Of a stretch of DNA of 64,000 bases, positions 1 through 14,392 are shown piece after piece. The stretch lies in contig CM097882.1 in assembly GCA_044892505.1 (NCBI GenBank), forward strand, positions 379,812,001 to 379,876,000, given 5' to 3'. Made by a program: the position numbers and the translations under genes. The notes beneath the pieces were generated by a model. It searched no databases, was not told the DNA's origin, and saw nothing but the letters and a program-made list of their open reading frames with translations. The stretch comes from Schmidtea nova. Lineage: Eukaryota. Each line of letters starts with the position of its first letter. Position 1 is the first letter of the stretch.

Positions 1-299
1 GTTTCCAGTTTTTTTTTCTCGTCATGATTTTAAATTTTTTTTATTTATATACAGTTAATAAAAATTGATTCACGAGCAATAAATTGATATTTTTATTAAA
101 TTATTTTAATATAGAAAATCGTTAAATTAAAATAGAAAATCGTTAAATTATGCTGCAAGCACTGTATTTATGTGCACTTATTATTAATTGATGGTAATAT
201 GAATATAGTTGACAAATATAGGTACTCACAAATATATAAAATAGATTATATTAATTAAATAGGATTTGTGTAGCTGGGAAAAGTTTTCCATAATCAGGA

Positions 300-2690
300 C
301 TTAATTTGTTCGTTGCTATTCGCAGGTTTTCGACTTGTTAATGTTCAAACATGAAAATGTTTGTTCACAGATATACGTTGATCCAAAAAAGAATAAAGAT
401 GTAGAAACAGCTTAATATATTTACTGATATTCAAAGCTGAATAGAATTCAATTAGTGTTGAGTTTCGAAATAACTCTTTCACATTGTTATCATTTTGAAA
501 TTTATCAACTCTAGTTGAAGGTCATCTGTTGCTGTCTCTGGATTTATAATAAATTGACAAGTCAGCAAGTTTAATTGTTCCTCCTGAGTCCTAGACTCAA
601 TAAATCGCCTTGTAAACTCTTCTTTCATATATGCTTTTCTGCTGTTTTTTTAATAAGTGAGAAAAATGAATCAAATTATGTATATTAAGCTGCATGGAAA
701 ATAGAACAAGCTTGGTTTCAAATGACTTAACAGCAACATATAAATGACCTTTACCTTGCTAAATCACATTAACTTCATTTAATTTGTCAAGAATGTTGAC
801 AGAAAATTCAAAGTCACATAAAACTTTTTATCATTCGCACAAATTCACAATCAATATTATTCAGTTCCAGATGTAGTACAATTCCAGACTCTTTTCAAAA
901 CATTAACCGTTGTGCTACAGGGCATCAGAATATTCACATTTAAGGTTCTCTAAGAAATACACACTGGATAAAGACTGTACCGAAATATTGTGTGTTACCA
1001 TTGTATTACCATTATGGGAATTATTGATATCTCTAAGAAAGTTTTGAATTGTCTCTTATTTAGACCCCGTGATCTAATTAAGCTGATCACTTTAATAACA
1101 ATGTGTATAATAACAATGTGTTTAAAGTTAAGCACTGCTTTGCAAATATCGCTGAATGATGCAATGAAATGACAGTACTTCGTGGCTTGGGTGTTGACTT
1201 TTCATTTTGTCATTGACGAGCTTAATTAGACCAACATTTTTATCTGTTAGGGCAGATGGTTAATCTGTTGTTAAACTGATCAGTTTATTCCACGGAAGGC
1301 GCATTCAGTCAAAACAGTTCTGTAGTCAGTAGAATAAATCTCGACAAGTGGTGCTTTACAAGGATTCCATCGATAGCGATTCTTCAGTAATTGTAAATTG
1401 TTTATCAATTCCTCTGATAAAAATAAGTAACTGAGCTGTGTCTTGAATATCAGTACCTTTGTCCAAAACCAAAGAAAATCACTGAAATGATTTACTTGAG
1501 TTGATTAGCTGATCTTGTAAATTTTCTGCAATGTCATCAGTTCAGCGAGCAACAGTTCTCCTGGAAATGGATACACTTTCTACTTTCACTTCTGGACAAA
1601 CAACGTTAACTATCTGAATTATGCATTCATTGACAAATTCCCTATGTAACTGGGGGTTGTAACTGCCTCAAGCAGTTAATCAGCCCTGTTCTTCAATTCC
1701 ATTTCCAACAATTTTTTCCTTAATCTTCATGCTTTGACTGAAAATCTCTCTTCAAATTGTATTTAAACACAATAACACTATCTTGACATAATAAACATAT
1801 AGCTTTATTCCTTACATTCTCTAAGAAAGTTTTGAATTGTCTCTTATTTAGACCCCGTGATCTAATTAAGCTGATCACTTTAATAACAATGTGTTTAAAG
1901 TTAATCACTGCTTTGCAAATATCGCTGAATGATGCAATGAAATGACAGTACTTCTTGGTTTGGGTGTTGACTTTTCATTTTGTCATTGACGAGCTTAATT
2001 AGACCAACATTTTTACCTGTTAGGGCAGATGGTTAATCTGTTGTTAAACTGATCAGTTTATTCCACGGAAGGCGCATTCAGTCAAAACAGTTCTGTAGTC
2101 AGTAGAATAAATCTCGACAAGTGGTGATTTACAAGGATTCCATCGATAGCGATTCTTCAGTAATTGTAAATTGTTTATCAATTCCTCCGATAAAAATAAG
2201 TAACTGAGCTGTGTCTTGAATATCAGTACCTTCGTTCAAAACCAAAGAAAATCACTGAAATGATTTACTTGAGTTGATTAGCTGATCTTGTAAATTTTCT
2301 GCAATGTCATCAGTTCGGCGAGCAACAGTTCTCCTGGAAATGGATACACTTTCTACTTTCACTTCTGGACAAACAACGTTAACTATCTAAATTATGCATT
2401 CATTGACAAATTCCCCATGTAACTGGGGGTTGTAACTGCCTCAAGCAGTTAATCAGCCCTGTTCTTCAATTCCATTTCCAACAATTTTTTCCTAAATTTT
2501 CATGCTTTGACTGAAAATCTCTCTTCAAATTGTATTTAAACACAGTAACACTATCTTGACATAATAAACAAATAGCTTTATTCCTTACATCCATAAAGAA
2601 ATACTGATATGTCCACTTGTTCTTGAATAAATGACATTCGTTAGTAATTTTCCCTTTTTTACTTAAGTTTTTTTTGTTTGAATACAAATA
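300..2690 (-). pseudogene. Degraded hAT transposase (SPIN/GTF2IRD2/EPM2AIP1-like)
   Basis: Minus-strand fragments include NECHLFKNKWTYQYFF..KAICLLCQDSV.VFKYNLKR (N-terminal zinc finger), IRSRGLNKRQFKTFLE, and FGSTYICEQTFS (C-terminal dimerisation motif, ~340-390). Multiple stops and frameshifts; boundaries approximate. Confidence 0.85.
1011..2589. repeat. Tandem duplication (~0.8 kb x2) inside the hAT relic
   Basis: CTCTAAGAAAGTTTTGAATTG... starts at 1011 and 1819, with near-identical sequence following for ~770 bp. Confidence 0.9.
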
Positions 2691-2852
2691 TTTAAATTAA
2701 AACATTGGTCAATAATAAAAGTCCTCAAACCACTTTTGTGATTGAAAAAAGACTCTAGTGCGAGATGTCTCATAAAAATGTTTGTGATAATAAAATATTT
2801 CTTTGTGAAACTCTGTATTTTATTTAAAGACTTATGCTTATTTTCGGAAGTA

Positions 2853-4429
2853 TGGGTGTTGTTAAAAAATTTATTATTGACTCTAGGGATTGGCACAGCC
2901 CATACCGCAACATAAATGTTATCTACCACACCCGTGTACCCATAGTTACCAACTCAGTAAGCTATGTTGGTAATGTACATGGTGGCGAGGATCCAATGAG
3001 CAGGTGAGCTCCGTTGCCGAAACTACTCCTCATTGTATCCTCTCTTTCGGGTTCTTGCTGCCGATAGAAGGTCTTACGCATCTAGCTACTCTCTATTTCC
3101 AATGGTCCTTTAAATTTATCCATTCTCGATCTACGATCCTTACACTATCTTATCCATCATCCAGTTATCCCAAAAATATATCTCAACTACCCCCCTAAAT
3201 CGTACTTTTCCTTCGCCATCCTATATAATTTAATGATACAACGGCCCGGAGGAACCATTATTTCGGTCCAACAAATTCCAAACCATCGGAGTCATCGGGA
3301 CTGGTAAGTCAATCGAGCCTCTCCTATATTCAGTTTAATCGGGACAAATCAATTGAACAAGACAAAACAAATTTATCGTTAAAATAAAATATTTATTATG
3401 AATTACAATTTACAAAAATAAGGCATACTAATTACATCAAACTTTAAAAACTAAATAAAATAAAAACATACTTGATACCAATGTACCCACAAATAAATAA
3501 TGAACGGTGCTGGCTGGCAGAATTGAATTTTTCTGTGTCCAAAAAATATTCAGCGTAAAACGAGTTAAAATTATGATTTTTCAGCGTCTATTTATATTGT
3601 TTTGAGTGACTGTGTCTACTGCCGATACGGAGTTGCTACACAAATTTTCTATCTCTAATTTTTCGGTGAGAGAAATTTTGTGTATATGCGTTGAATTTTC
3701 TCTCCATTTTCTTCCACTTTACCGACCCCCAACACCAGTCACTCGGACACTACGTGTGAACCCACTCGCTGACTTCTGCGAGGCAGTATGCACGTATTTC
3801 CCAAAAATTTTTATGTTACTATTTTTAGTAACAATTTTCTAAAATTCATGTAGGAGTCATTAATTGCTAACCTTGTTTAATGATTAAATTATTTAGTTAC
3901 AACAAAGGTAATTTAATTAAATTTTATTTATTTATTCGTGTAAAATTTGTTTTATAATTTATTTTTATTATTTCAAAATATTTATTATTTTTTAATATTA
4001 TTAAATTATGTATATTTACTAATTAGCCAATTTATCTTATTGTTTTTCCTCCTATCTCAGTTATTTAGAAGATATTTTAATGGGGATTTCTTCTATAATT
4101 TTTAATAAATTATTATCTTTATTTTTATACTAGTTTTATTCTTTTATCATGCATTTTTATTATCTATAATTTTCCCTATTCAATTCCTGTGGGGTCTTTC
4201 GTATGTAAATTTGACCTGCACTCGAATTGTGTGCTCCTCTTTGAGATGCATCTTTTCATCGTTTCTCCCTAGCTTGACCTGCTTATGAAAAGCGGTTTGT
4301 ATGACTACCGTTTATCCTATATTTTTCATGCTATTTTCTAGTTTAATGTTCTTATTTGTTACCGTGTTTTCTTAATTTAATTTTGATGTATTAAAACAAA
4401 ATTTAAAACTCAATCCTACCAGCCCAACA
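2853..4429 (-). mobile_element. Old solo-LTR-like copy related to the giant element's LTR
   Basis: The minus strand starts TGTTGGGCTGG at 4429 (the giant LTR starts TGTTGGGCCAG). It has a minus-strand TATAAATAG at ~3590 and the conserved motif at 3001-3080. The 4150-4400 block is homologous to 15740-16100. Left end approximate. Confidence 0.65.
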
Positions 4430-4618
4430 ATTACATACTTTTTATAACCACCTTGTAAAACATAGCTGTCATTGGTTTGAAATGTCATAATTCAGTATTA
4501 ACTTCCAATTATAATAGTTATTTTTAGGAAGAAAATCTTTTGAAATTTTGAAAAATCTTTTCTATATTTTAATAGATTATTTTCGACATTTTTCTAAATA
4601 TATTTTTATTCAATTTAG

Positions 4619-7600
4619 GGAAAACTATTCAAATAATTTTTTATCTGAGAGAATTATTTGAATCTGATATGATTAAATCAGCACTCATAATCTTGCCCAA
4701 GTCATTATTAGTAAATTGGGAAAGGGAATTTCAATCTTGGGCTCCTAATTTATCGGTTTTGACGTATTTTGGTAATGACAAAAATAATAAAGTGAGAAAC
4801 CTTCAGAAAATCCAATATAGAGGGGGGATACTAGTAACTACATACGGAACTGTGATGAACAGTTGGGATGATCTTAATTCTGATGAGAACTTCAAATGGG
4901 ATATTATTTTACTCGATGAAGGACACAAAATTAAGAATCCTTCATCGAAAACCTTCAAAACCGTTAATGCGCTGAGAGCTGATTTGCGAATTGTCATGAC
5001 TGGAACCGCTGTACAGAATAATCTGAAAGAATTGTGGGCTCTTTTCGATTTTACCCACCAAGGCAGTTTGTTAGGCACTTATCCGACTTTCAGCCGTTGT
5101 TATGAGAAACCGATTACAGATTCCCGGAAAAAAGACGCGTCACAAGAAGAGAAATCGTATGGAGATAGGATATCGAAGAGTTTGAAGAATTTAATTCAAC
5201 CATACTTTCTAAGAAGAACAAAAGAACAAGTAATCGATCAGATTAATGCTACTTCGGGAAAACTGGCGAAAAAAACTGATTTTGCTGTTTGGATTCCAAT
5301 GACAGACGTTCAAATCGATTTCTATAAAAGATTTCTAGAATCGGAAGAAGTGAAGATTCTGTTATTGCGAACTGAAAAACGATCGCCTTTATTGGAATTG
5401 AATGTTTTGAAGAAGATCTGTGATCATCCGCGGTTATTATCACCGGAACAGTGCACAACATTGGGATTGGAGTATGCTGCAACAATTAATGACACAAATA
5501 TCGATGATTTAATCGCCGAGTCAGGCAAAATGACTTTTGTTATTAAACTTTTAAAACAAATGATTTTGGAAAAGTGTAAATGTTTAATATTTTCCCAATC
5601 GAAAGTCATTCTGACGATTCTAGGAAGATTGTTGTCATCGATGGGGATTACATTTTTACGATTAGACGGTGACGTTTTGAAAGTAGCAGAACGGCAAAAG
5701 ATTGTTGATAAATTCAATAACGATTCCCATGTGAAAATTCTGTTATTAACTCTACAAGTTGGCGGAGTCGGTCTAACGTTGACAGGAGCCAATCGGGTTA
5801 TCATTTACGATTTGAACTGGAATCCCTCAATAGATGCGCAGGCTGTTGACAGGATTTATCGAATTGGACAGGAAAAAGATGTCATCGTATACCGGTTGAT
5901 AACTTGTGGGACGGTTGAGGAGAAAATCTATCGACGTCAGATTTTTAAGGATTCACTCAATCGGCAGACAACCGGTATAAAGGAAAACGATGATAACACT
6001 TATCGATATTTTACGCAGCAAGAACTCTTTGAACTATTTACTTTGAGTAATCCACGCGTTTCAAATACCCAAATCCAACTCAATGAAAAACATGCGCATC
6101 AACGGGAAAACAATGAATATTTAAAGGGGCATTCTGATTGGTTGAAAGATCAAGAAATCTTCGGAATCAGTGATCATGATTTGCTATTCACTCAGCGTGA
6201 TGAAAAAATCAATGTTGATGTAGATATTGAGGAGAAATTAATTGCTAATATGAGGGAAACCGAAAACACTTTGAATAGAGAAGCCCAATTGAAATTGAAC
6301 GAGGAAGAACAGAATTTACGATTACTCATGAGTCGTATTACAATAAATGAGGAAAAAGCGAAAACTAAAGAAAAATATCAAAATTTAGAGTTGTTTATTC
6401 CCAGTAAGAATGATATTAAACGGCCAGTTTACAACGAATCAATTAGAAATATTTTCCAAACGAAATTAGATGATTATATAGCACCAATGAAGCAGAATTC
6501 GGCATCTGAGACTGTTATTGATCTAACAAGTGATATTAGAGGTCAGTTGGATGAGGGGATATCGCGGAATGCATTTGCAGACAACAATACAACAATGATC
6601 AATAATGTGGTGAGTTCGGAACCGAAAGATTCAAATAAGCAAGATGATAATAAAATCGAGCATGGAACAAATAAAGAAGCATCTAGAATAGTAATAGAAG
6701 ACTCCGAGGACGAATATAGCAATAATGAAAGTTCTGAAACAAAATCTGAATCAAGCCAATCAAATAATAATAAACCATATTCAAAAACCGAGGAAATCGG
6801 AAACGATTCAGCGACGAGTAGTTCTTATGAATTGGAAACGGAAACGAATAAACAAGTCCAAAGAATGAAAGTTTTGGATTCCAGTGAAGAGGATATCGCT
6901 TCGAAAGATGATGATGATTACGAGTCAGAAATCGAGCATGGAGTAAACGGAAAAAATCCTAGACGAATCACAGAAAGTTCCGAAGACGAATATCGAGATT
7001 CCTCGCCCAATTATGAAAGTTCTGGGACGGAATCTGAATCCAGCCAATCAAATAATAATAAACCGAATGCGGGAATTGAAGTGATTGATTCTGTGCCAAG
7101 AATTGTCGATGATATGAAACCAGAAGTGGACTATGAAACCGTTCCTCACATGACTTCCAGTGAAGATTACGAGTCAGAAATCGAGCATGGGATAAACGGA
7201 AAAAATCCTAGACGAATCACAGAAAGTTCCGAAGACGAATATCGAGATTCCTCGCCCAATTATGAAAGTTCTGGGACGGAATCTGAATCCAGCCAATCAA
7301 ATAATAATAAATCGGATGCGGAAATTGAAGTGATTGATTCTGTGAAAAGAATTGTCGATGATATGAAACCAGAAGGGGACTATGAAACCGTTCCTCACAT
7401 GACTTCCAGTGAAAATTATAGTGATTCCGTGTCCAACGATGAAAGCACTTATATAAAGCCTGATTCAAATCATTCCAATAATGCATCGAATGTTGGAACT
7501 GCAAAAATAGATTTATCAAATGACAATCTGGAATCGGTTTGTCGAATTATTTTTCATTCTCATTTTATTTTACGTTTTTAGGATGAAAGCTTTGATGATT

Positions 7601-7629
7601 CTGAGGATCTGCTCGATGAAACATTCTGA
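4619..7629 (+). CDS. ERCC6L: SNF2-family DNA translocase ERCC6L/PICH (exons 4619-7536 and 7582-7629; 5' exon(s) not found in window)
   Basis: Acceptor TTTAG at 4618 followed by (G)KTIQII. Contains DEGH, TGTAVQNNLKELWALFDF, LKKICDHPRLL, QAVDRIYRIGQ and the PICH-type YRRQIFKDSLNRQTTG. A 45-nt GT..AG intron (7537-7581) gives a final exon DESFDDSEDLLDETF*, with AATAAA downstream. Confidence 0.88.
6916..7413 (+). repeat. In-frame 249-bp (83-aa) tandem duplication in the acidic ERCC6L C-terminus
   Basis: DYESEIEHG..NGKNPRRITESSEDEYRDSS...VPHMTSSE starts at 6916 and 7165; a diverged third copy lies at ~6650-6790. Confidence 0.95.
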
Positions 7630-10600
7630 TTGGATATAATTATTATTGCATTTATAAGAATTTATAATAAAATAATTTTTCATTGTTTTTTCATTTTTAT
7701 TTAAAATATCTAAATTGAACAGTCAATTTTAAATATTTATTTAAATATAATTTTAAGAATATAATCATATTCATCCTATGTATAATAAAAGATTGGATTC
7801 TGTTATTGGAAAGTTTAAGGATGAAAGTGAGAGTCCTGTATAACGAGTGGATATTCCTGCTGCTATATTAATCTCACAGCCTTGATCAGGAACAAATTTG
7901 ATAGTGGTATTTTAAAACCATTTAAAATGCGAAACTCTTAAACCTGACGGATTTGTGATTGATTTAAAAATGGTTTATTATATGGTTTATACACATGAGA
8001 AGAAATTCGGACTCAATATAGAAACACTCATAAATAAAATGATTCTAACATTTCTGACTGATCTTACTGAAAATAATGATTTCCGATCTATTGAGAATTA
8101 ACATAACGAGTTATAAACTAATAACCAGAGCAAGAACAGCTGCAAATTGGTGTATTGATGGAACCTAAAAATTGATTAATGTGGGACTTCCTGTTGTTAC
8201 AGGATTTAAGGACTTGTCGAATCGGTTTTCTGTTAAATTTATCTGTGATTGAATTAGAAAATACAGCAAATTAAACATTTAGATTAAATACGATTAACCA
8301 TTTATATAAAGAGGCCGCTGAAATGAAAAAAAGCGGATGGAATAAATTATATCAAAAACATGGATGAATATGGCGCAAATAATGAATTTTTACGAAAGAC
8401 AATAGTTGCGGATAATGCTGAGTATATATCAAATGCTATTGAAAAACATGACGGCACTATAAAACGCTTTAATTTCTGGTTCTATACAAGTAAAAACATA
8501 CAAGAAACTTTGCCAACAAAATGATAATGGAAAGGTAATGTATGAGGATGTATTTTCGATGTGAGGTTTTTAATATGAGTTTCGTTTATGGTGTAATTGT
8601 CAAATCAGAAGAATTAATATTGCATGTTTACACAGACCGATATACGATATTTTTGAATTGTGTAAGGATATTTTAGTTTCAATTTTTTTGTGTAATTGGT
8701 AAGACAAATGTCGTAATAGTTTTTAAGCATTCATTGGATGCCGGCGAAATTGACTTACTATCCTTTCAATACTTGAATTTGGATTTTGGGAAATTAGGGG
8801 TTTTGAAAGATTTTATATTTAAACATTTGTTTATTGTAGCTAACAAGTTTATAACTAGCTATTTAGATCTGCAGTTCTCGTATTTTGGTTTTGTTAAAAA
8901 TAAAAGAAGTAATCATATCTATAATTTTCTGAAAAGTATTAATAGGTTGAATAATAACTGTTGATCGATTGTAAGAGGAGAAAATGAAAAGGAAGACCAA
9001 CTGTGTAAATTCAAAAAAATCGGCTCTGAAAAAACTAATGGACAATACGTTATTCAAGTGAAGTCTTTTGGTTTTTCTTATTATCTTGTGTACGTACAGT
9101 GACTTTTTAAAACTCGGACAGTCTTTATTATTTTTTTTATTTGTTATATTTTCTTTCAAAATATGTTTTTTGTATTGGTGTTTTTATAGTGTGTAGATTA
9201 GTAATTTGGTGTGTATAATTAATGTAACTTGTAATATAGTGTTTATATTAGTAATATAGTGTATATATTACTTAGCCTGTAGCAAATTTCAAAAAACAAA
9301 TTAATATACTCGAGAAATTGATTTGTCCATACAAATGTCAAGAATTTTTTGATTACAAACGAAAGGAAACTAAATATTTTAGTTAACAAACTTTACAAAT
9401 ATCCTAAACATGCATGTTTTGATTAACATAGTTATTGGTTAAAAATAATGCCTATGTTGTTTTAAAAATATATTATTAACATAAATTGATTCAAAAGTTA
9501 TTATCAGAATTTTGTACAGAAATAAATTACAATTTGAATCATGTAAAAATATTTTGAGAAGTTCTGAAAAAATCAAAGTGCAGTGAGTGTAAAATTTAAA
9601 AATTAATATTCTAATGAACGTGTAAACAGAATCTTGTAGAGAATTAAATTTTGAATCTAATGAGCTTTTTTAATTGTTGAAAATAATATGCAGCAGTTGC
9701 AGAAAACTTTAAATGTAGTGTCAATAATAAAAATCAATATTATAACCCAAATTTAGATACCATATTATAGAGGATACGTTTTCAAGAAGATTTATGTAAT
9801 AAAACGCTAAAACATTATTTGAGAACGTAGGAAAAGGTTGAAGTGTATAGTTTGCAAAAAATTAAATCAATATTATAACAAACTTTAAATATAGCAACTT
9901 CTAGAGAATATTTTTTCAAATAAAATGAGCTATAAATTCCTCGAAAATAATTTCAAACATGTAAGATAAACTTAAACTTCACAGTGTACCAAAAAATGAA
10001 AATCGATATTATTACAAAAAATTTAAATCATTTTGTAGAGAATAGTTTTTCTGATAGATTGAGATATAAATCTCTTGATAGTAATTTCAAGCACCCCTAA
10101 AAACTTTATGTGCAATGGGTGCAAAATAAAAAATGACTTGTTTAAATAAAAGTTTCACATGGACAGAAAGAGCACTTGATTTTCAGCATGTGTAATGAAA
10201 ATTAACTTTATAAGTTGTTGCAGTTGTTCGGAGAAAGAAAGTATTTGAAAATCATTATTTTTCGAAATATTTTTGGATCACAAGATGGGACATTTGTTTT
10301 TCAGTTGAATGACATTAAGCACATTGAGATTTGTCTAGTAGAGAACTTGGAATTTTGAATTTAGTGGAGATTAAAAATTGATCCCTGAACCCATTTTTAT
10401 AATAAAATTATATGGTAATTTTTCCTTAATAAAAATCGTGAAAAAATTGAATTTGTCATAATTTTTCAAACAAAAAATACTATGAAGGAACCAGGTACGC
10501 TGCCCTCATAACTTGATGCAACAAAAATCCTAGAAAAACCTAAGTAACATTGTGAAAACTCTAATTTGTACACTAAAACACGTTTTAGCACTTTTAGTGA

Positions 10601-13097
10601 TTTTAAACTCGATAATAGAACTTTTAAATAAAATGCAGAACTTTTGAAAATATATTTGAGTTATTACCAAATCTTTATACTTTCTCTGACCAATGTCTTT
10701 TATTTCTAGACAATGTCTATAAATTTGGTTTTGAATGTTTTTCAATATTTATTATTAAAGACATATTTCTTGAAACTTAACTTTGTAACAAGATTTTGAT
10801 AGATTGAATGTACAAAAATAAAACTATTTTGAAAAAAAATGTCTGTTTCGTCAATGTCTACAACTTTTGTCTTGTATTTTTCTCTTTTATATCTTAGAAG
10901 TTATATATTTCTTTAAACGAGACATTGAAACACGATTTTGGTACATAAAGGTTGAGAAAATAAAAAATAGATTTCTAGACTAAAATGTGTATCTCGACAA
11001 TCTCTACAACATTTGTCTTGGAAGTTTTCTTATATCTTTATTATTTCTCTTACTGTTTTCATTTTTTATAAAAGATTTTGGGTTGTCAGGGTAGGAGTCT
11101 TCAACATTTGTTTGAAATACTGTTTTTATTTTTAAGGTGTTTTTAGTTCTTCATTGTTTTCACTTTTTTAGGTCTTCTGTGCATACTATTGAAAACATTT
11201 CAACCCAAAAACTATTCAGCGCAATGTACTCAGTAGGAGGAAGTGAGTGGTCTAGCACAAGCCCTTTACATGTAAATTGTATATATGACGTAATAATCAT
11301 ATAGTTAACCCACAAAAATAAGTTATAGGGTATTGCGTTACATAAGTACAACATAATGTTCCATATGCTATGTATAAATGTGTAATACTTTATATATTAT
11401 ATAATACTCTGGTATATTCGAATATACCAAATTCTGAATTAATTACCGTTACCGGGAAATTATTAAAGAAAATTAATTTTAATTTTAAACGTATAATCAA
11501 TTATTAAAACAAAATCAATTTAGAATAATTATGATAATAAAAATTAAAACAAAATCAATTTAGAATAATTATGATAATAAAAATTAATTATTTTTTAATA
11601 AAAAATTAATCGATTTAAGTACTTGGTAATAAATTTGTCACAATAAATAATTGTTATTAAAAATTTTGATTAACAAAAACAAAAAATTATAATGAAAAGA
11701 CAAAATTTGATAAATAAATTTTATTCACATATATTTGTTTCGATAATTTTTCAAACAGATTTGACTACATCATTAGATTCTTTGAAGCCTTGAATCATTA
11801 TCCTTATTTGATATATCGAATTTTCATCAGGATTTTTCAAATTACAATCTTTATTACAATTCATATAGGTAAAAGCTTCATTAAATTGTATTTCTTTGTT
11901 GACTGCTAACAAAATTTCTGAAATATTTCTTCTGTCAATGTCTTCAATTTTGCCCACTTGAAGATTGTACATGTATTGTTTCTTTGTAACAGATTCTTAT
12001 AAAGAAATTATTAAAAATTGATTTTAAAAAATTAATATATACTGTAAATGAATAAATGATTGGAAATTTAAAATATTCCATTGAGTATTGCAGAAATTGA
12101 ACTGCCCGATTCCTAACCAAATTTCTAACTCCCAACCTAATTCCTAATCAAATTTCCTTCAAGAATAATTTTCATTACTTCTTGTTTCTACATCTTTTTG
12201 TTCGAAGATTCTAAAATAAAATATTAAAAATAATCATTTAAAGTTAATTACTTTTAAGTTGATACATTTTTATTGAAATCTATTTATTAATAATCATTTA
12301 TTTATGTTTTCATAATTTAAAATTTAGCAATTAGATTTCTTTTAACATTTTAATTAAATTTTATTTATTGATATTTATGTGTGTAGATACACACTTTATT
12401 TTAATATATGATAATTAATTATTTTTGCAAAATCTTTTAATAAGCAGATTATATCTGAAAAACTGTAATGCGTCGATTTATGATAAAAACTGTCACGATT
12501 CGATGAAAAGTTACTATTCCCACATCCATTACCGCCTCACATACCTGATTCGCCCTTTGTGTAAAATTGATTAGTCTTTTTTCTTATAGCGACTTTTATA
12601 ATTTTCATAAGAAATATTTGAATCAATTTCAATGTTCCAAAAATAGTTTTTAAATTGGTAATAATAATAAAAATGTCAACCGGAATAGATCTCAATGTTG
12701 TTTTATTGGATGATTTAAAGACGATTGTTAAATTCCACTCTTAATAATAATAGTATAGTCGTGAGGAAATTTATGTAAATTGACATAAATAGTGATTGTA
12801 ATGTAGTGTGGTTGAGAAGGATTGAAGAGCCTAACAGAGTCACCAGTAAAACTTGTGTCGGTACTGTTGGGGTGTGTGTTGTGAATATTTATGTATGTGA
12901 TGTTTGTAGGTTTATATTTTTATAACAATAACAAATCAAGAATTAACAATAGATAATTTTTACAAAATTTATTATTTTAAGCCACAAATAAACTATAAAG
13001 GTAAACCAGTACTCACAAAATCACTAATCTTGCTTAAATTTGAGTATTTATCATAAGAAAATACTATAAATACCACATCTATGAAAATTTAAATCAA

Positions 13098-13582
13098 ATG
13101 TTGTGCAATATAAATTATAAACGTAAATGTTTAGTAGAAGGTATGATATTCCAATGTGAAAACCCCAACAATTTGTAGATAGAAGTGGAATGTATCCCAT
13201 TGTATTTTTTTCGGCTAGGGAACTGTCAGATAATGGCGTGTAAACAACCATTGTTAATTGGAGGTTTACCATACAAAATAAAATATATTTAATTACAATC
13301 ACCGTAACTGTTTACATTAGATTGAGGATTGATTTAAATTAATTGACAAGAAAAACATATTGTGTTTATAAATTAGAAATATTGCCCGGTTTGAGAGTAC
13401 TGAAATTTAATCCATTATGTGTTAATGTATTTACCAGTGGTAAAATAGTTAATCTTGGAATAAAAACATTATAATATCGTGCTTTAGTTGATGAAATTGT
13501 AAATTACTTAAAATCAATGATTATTGATCCTATATTGATGACAGATGCAGAATTTCTAGAGTTTTGGCTTGATATTGAATAA
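13098..13582 (+). pseudogene. Degraded intronless TBP-fold protein
   Basis: Frameshifted reading gives YPIVFFS.GNCQIMACK ... ITITVTVYIRLRIDLN*L..YKLEILPGLRVLKFNPLCVNVFTSGKIVNLGIK. This resembles the two TBP repeats (LIFSSGKMVCTGAK; YEPELFPGL..LIFVSGKVVLTGAK). Confidence 0.55.
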
Positions 13583-13844
13583 TTGTTTTAAAAAACCAAA
13601 ATTTCATTACAATTTGTTTGTTTTTAATTAGAAATTATATTAGTTTTTTCGAGACCTTTTTATTATCTCAACTTTGAAATTCATGTTAAATTATTACTTT
13701 TATTGTAACTTTTAATTGAAATAATAATATTTCAATGTAAGTATTTTCTATTAAATTGCTTTTTTTAAAACTTATATTTGTAATTCATATTTAATTACTT
13801 CTGTTATTAAATAAATTAATAATTAAGAAAATAAGACTTTGCTG

Positions 13845-13845
<1 letters not shown>

Positions 13846-13897
<52 letters not shown>
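13846..13897. repeat. (TA)n microsatellite (others at 16128-16185, ~41647-41686, ~42747-42783, ~52680-52758)
   Basis: Directly visible in the sequence. Confidence 0.98.
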
Positions 13898-13899
<2 letters not shown>

Positions 13900-14392
13900 A
13901 GTGAGAATATATTTTCACTAACGCTTCAGTGAATTCATATCCGAATACGTTTTTACCAGTGGAAATATATTTCTACTGGTGAAAATATAACTTCACTAGC
14001 AAGTTTTAGTGAATGTGTATTCTACCCTAACCTATAATTGAATGTCAGTTTGACAGTTGCGTGTTTTTTGTTTTCATTTAAAATACACATCCTAGTAGAT
14101 TAAGATATGGAAATGGATTCAATTTGAGTTATTTTACGGTCTAGTTATCAAAATAATTCTTATATTCGATGGAAATGCTCTTTCTGTGTTCTCAAAATTA
14201 GGACCTATCGGTCAACCGCTCCAGTTAGGGTGACACATCGACACTTAGGGCCAAATATTTCCACGCGGCGAATTCTCGCTTGTCAATGAATACAAACTCA
14301 CTAAATGTAACCAGTGAATTTGTATCTTCATTGTTAGATATACATTCACTGACCGGCTTAGCGAAAATATATTTTCATCAGTGAAATATATA
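13898..14392. mobile_element. Possible MITE with imperfect terminal inverted repeats
   Basis: CCAGTGGAAATATATTTCTACTGGTGAAAATATA (13956) resembles the reverse complement of TATATTTTCATCAGTGAAATATATATGCTGG (~14368-14398). No TSD confirmed. Confidence 0.4.

Noticed and set aside
7800-8600. Decayed ORF-like tract with a possible Walker A (LISQP*SGTNL)
   Set aside because: Too many stops and the catalytic Lys is absent; cannot assign.
11410-11429. Perfect 20-bp palindrome TGGTATATTCGAATATACCA
   Set aside because: Single occurrence in AT-rich DNA, with no linked element boundary established.
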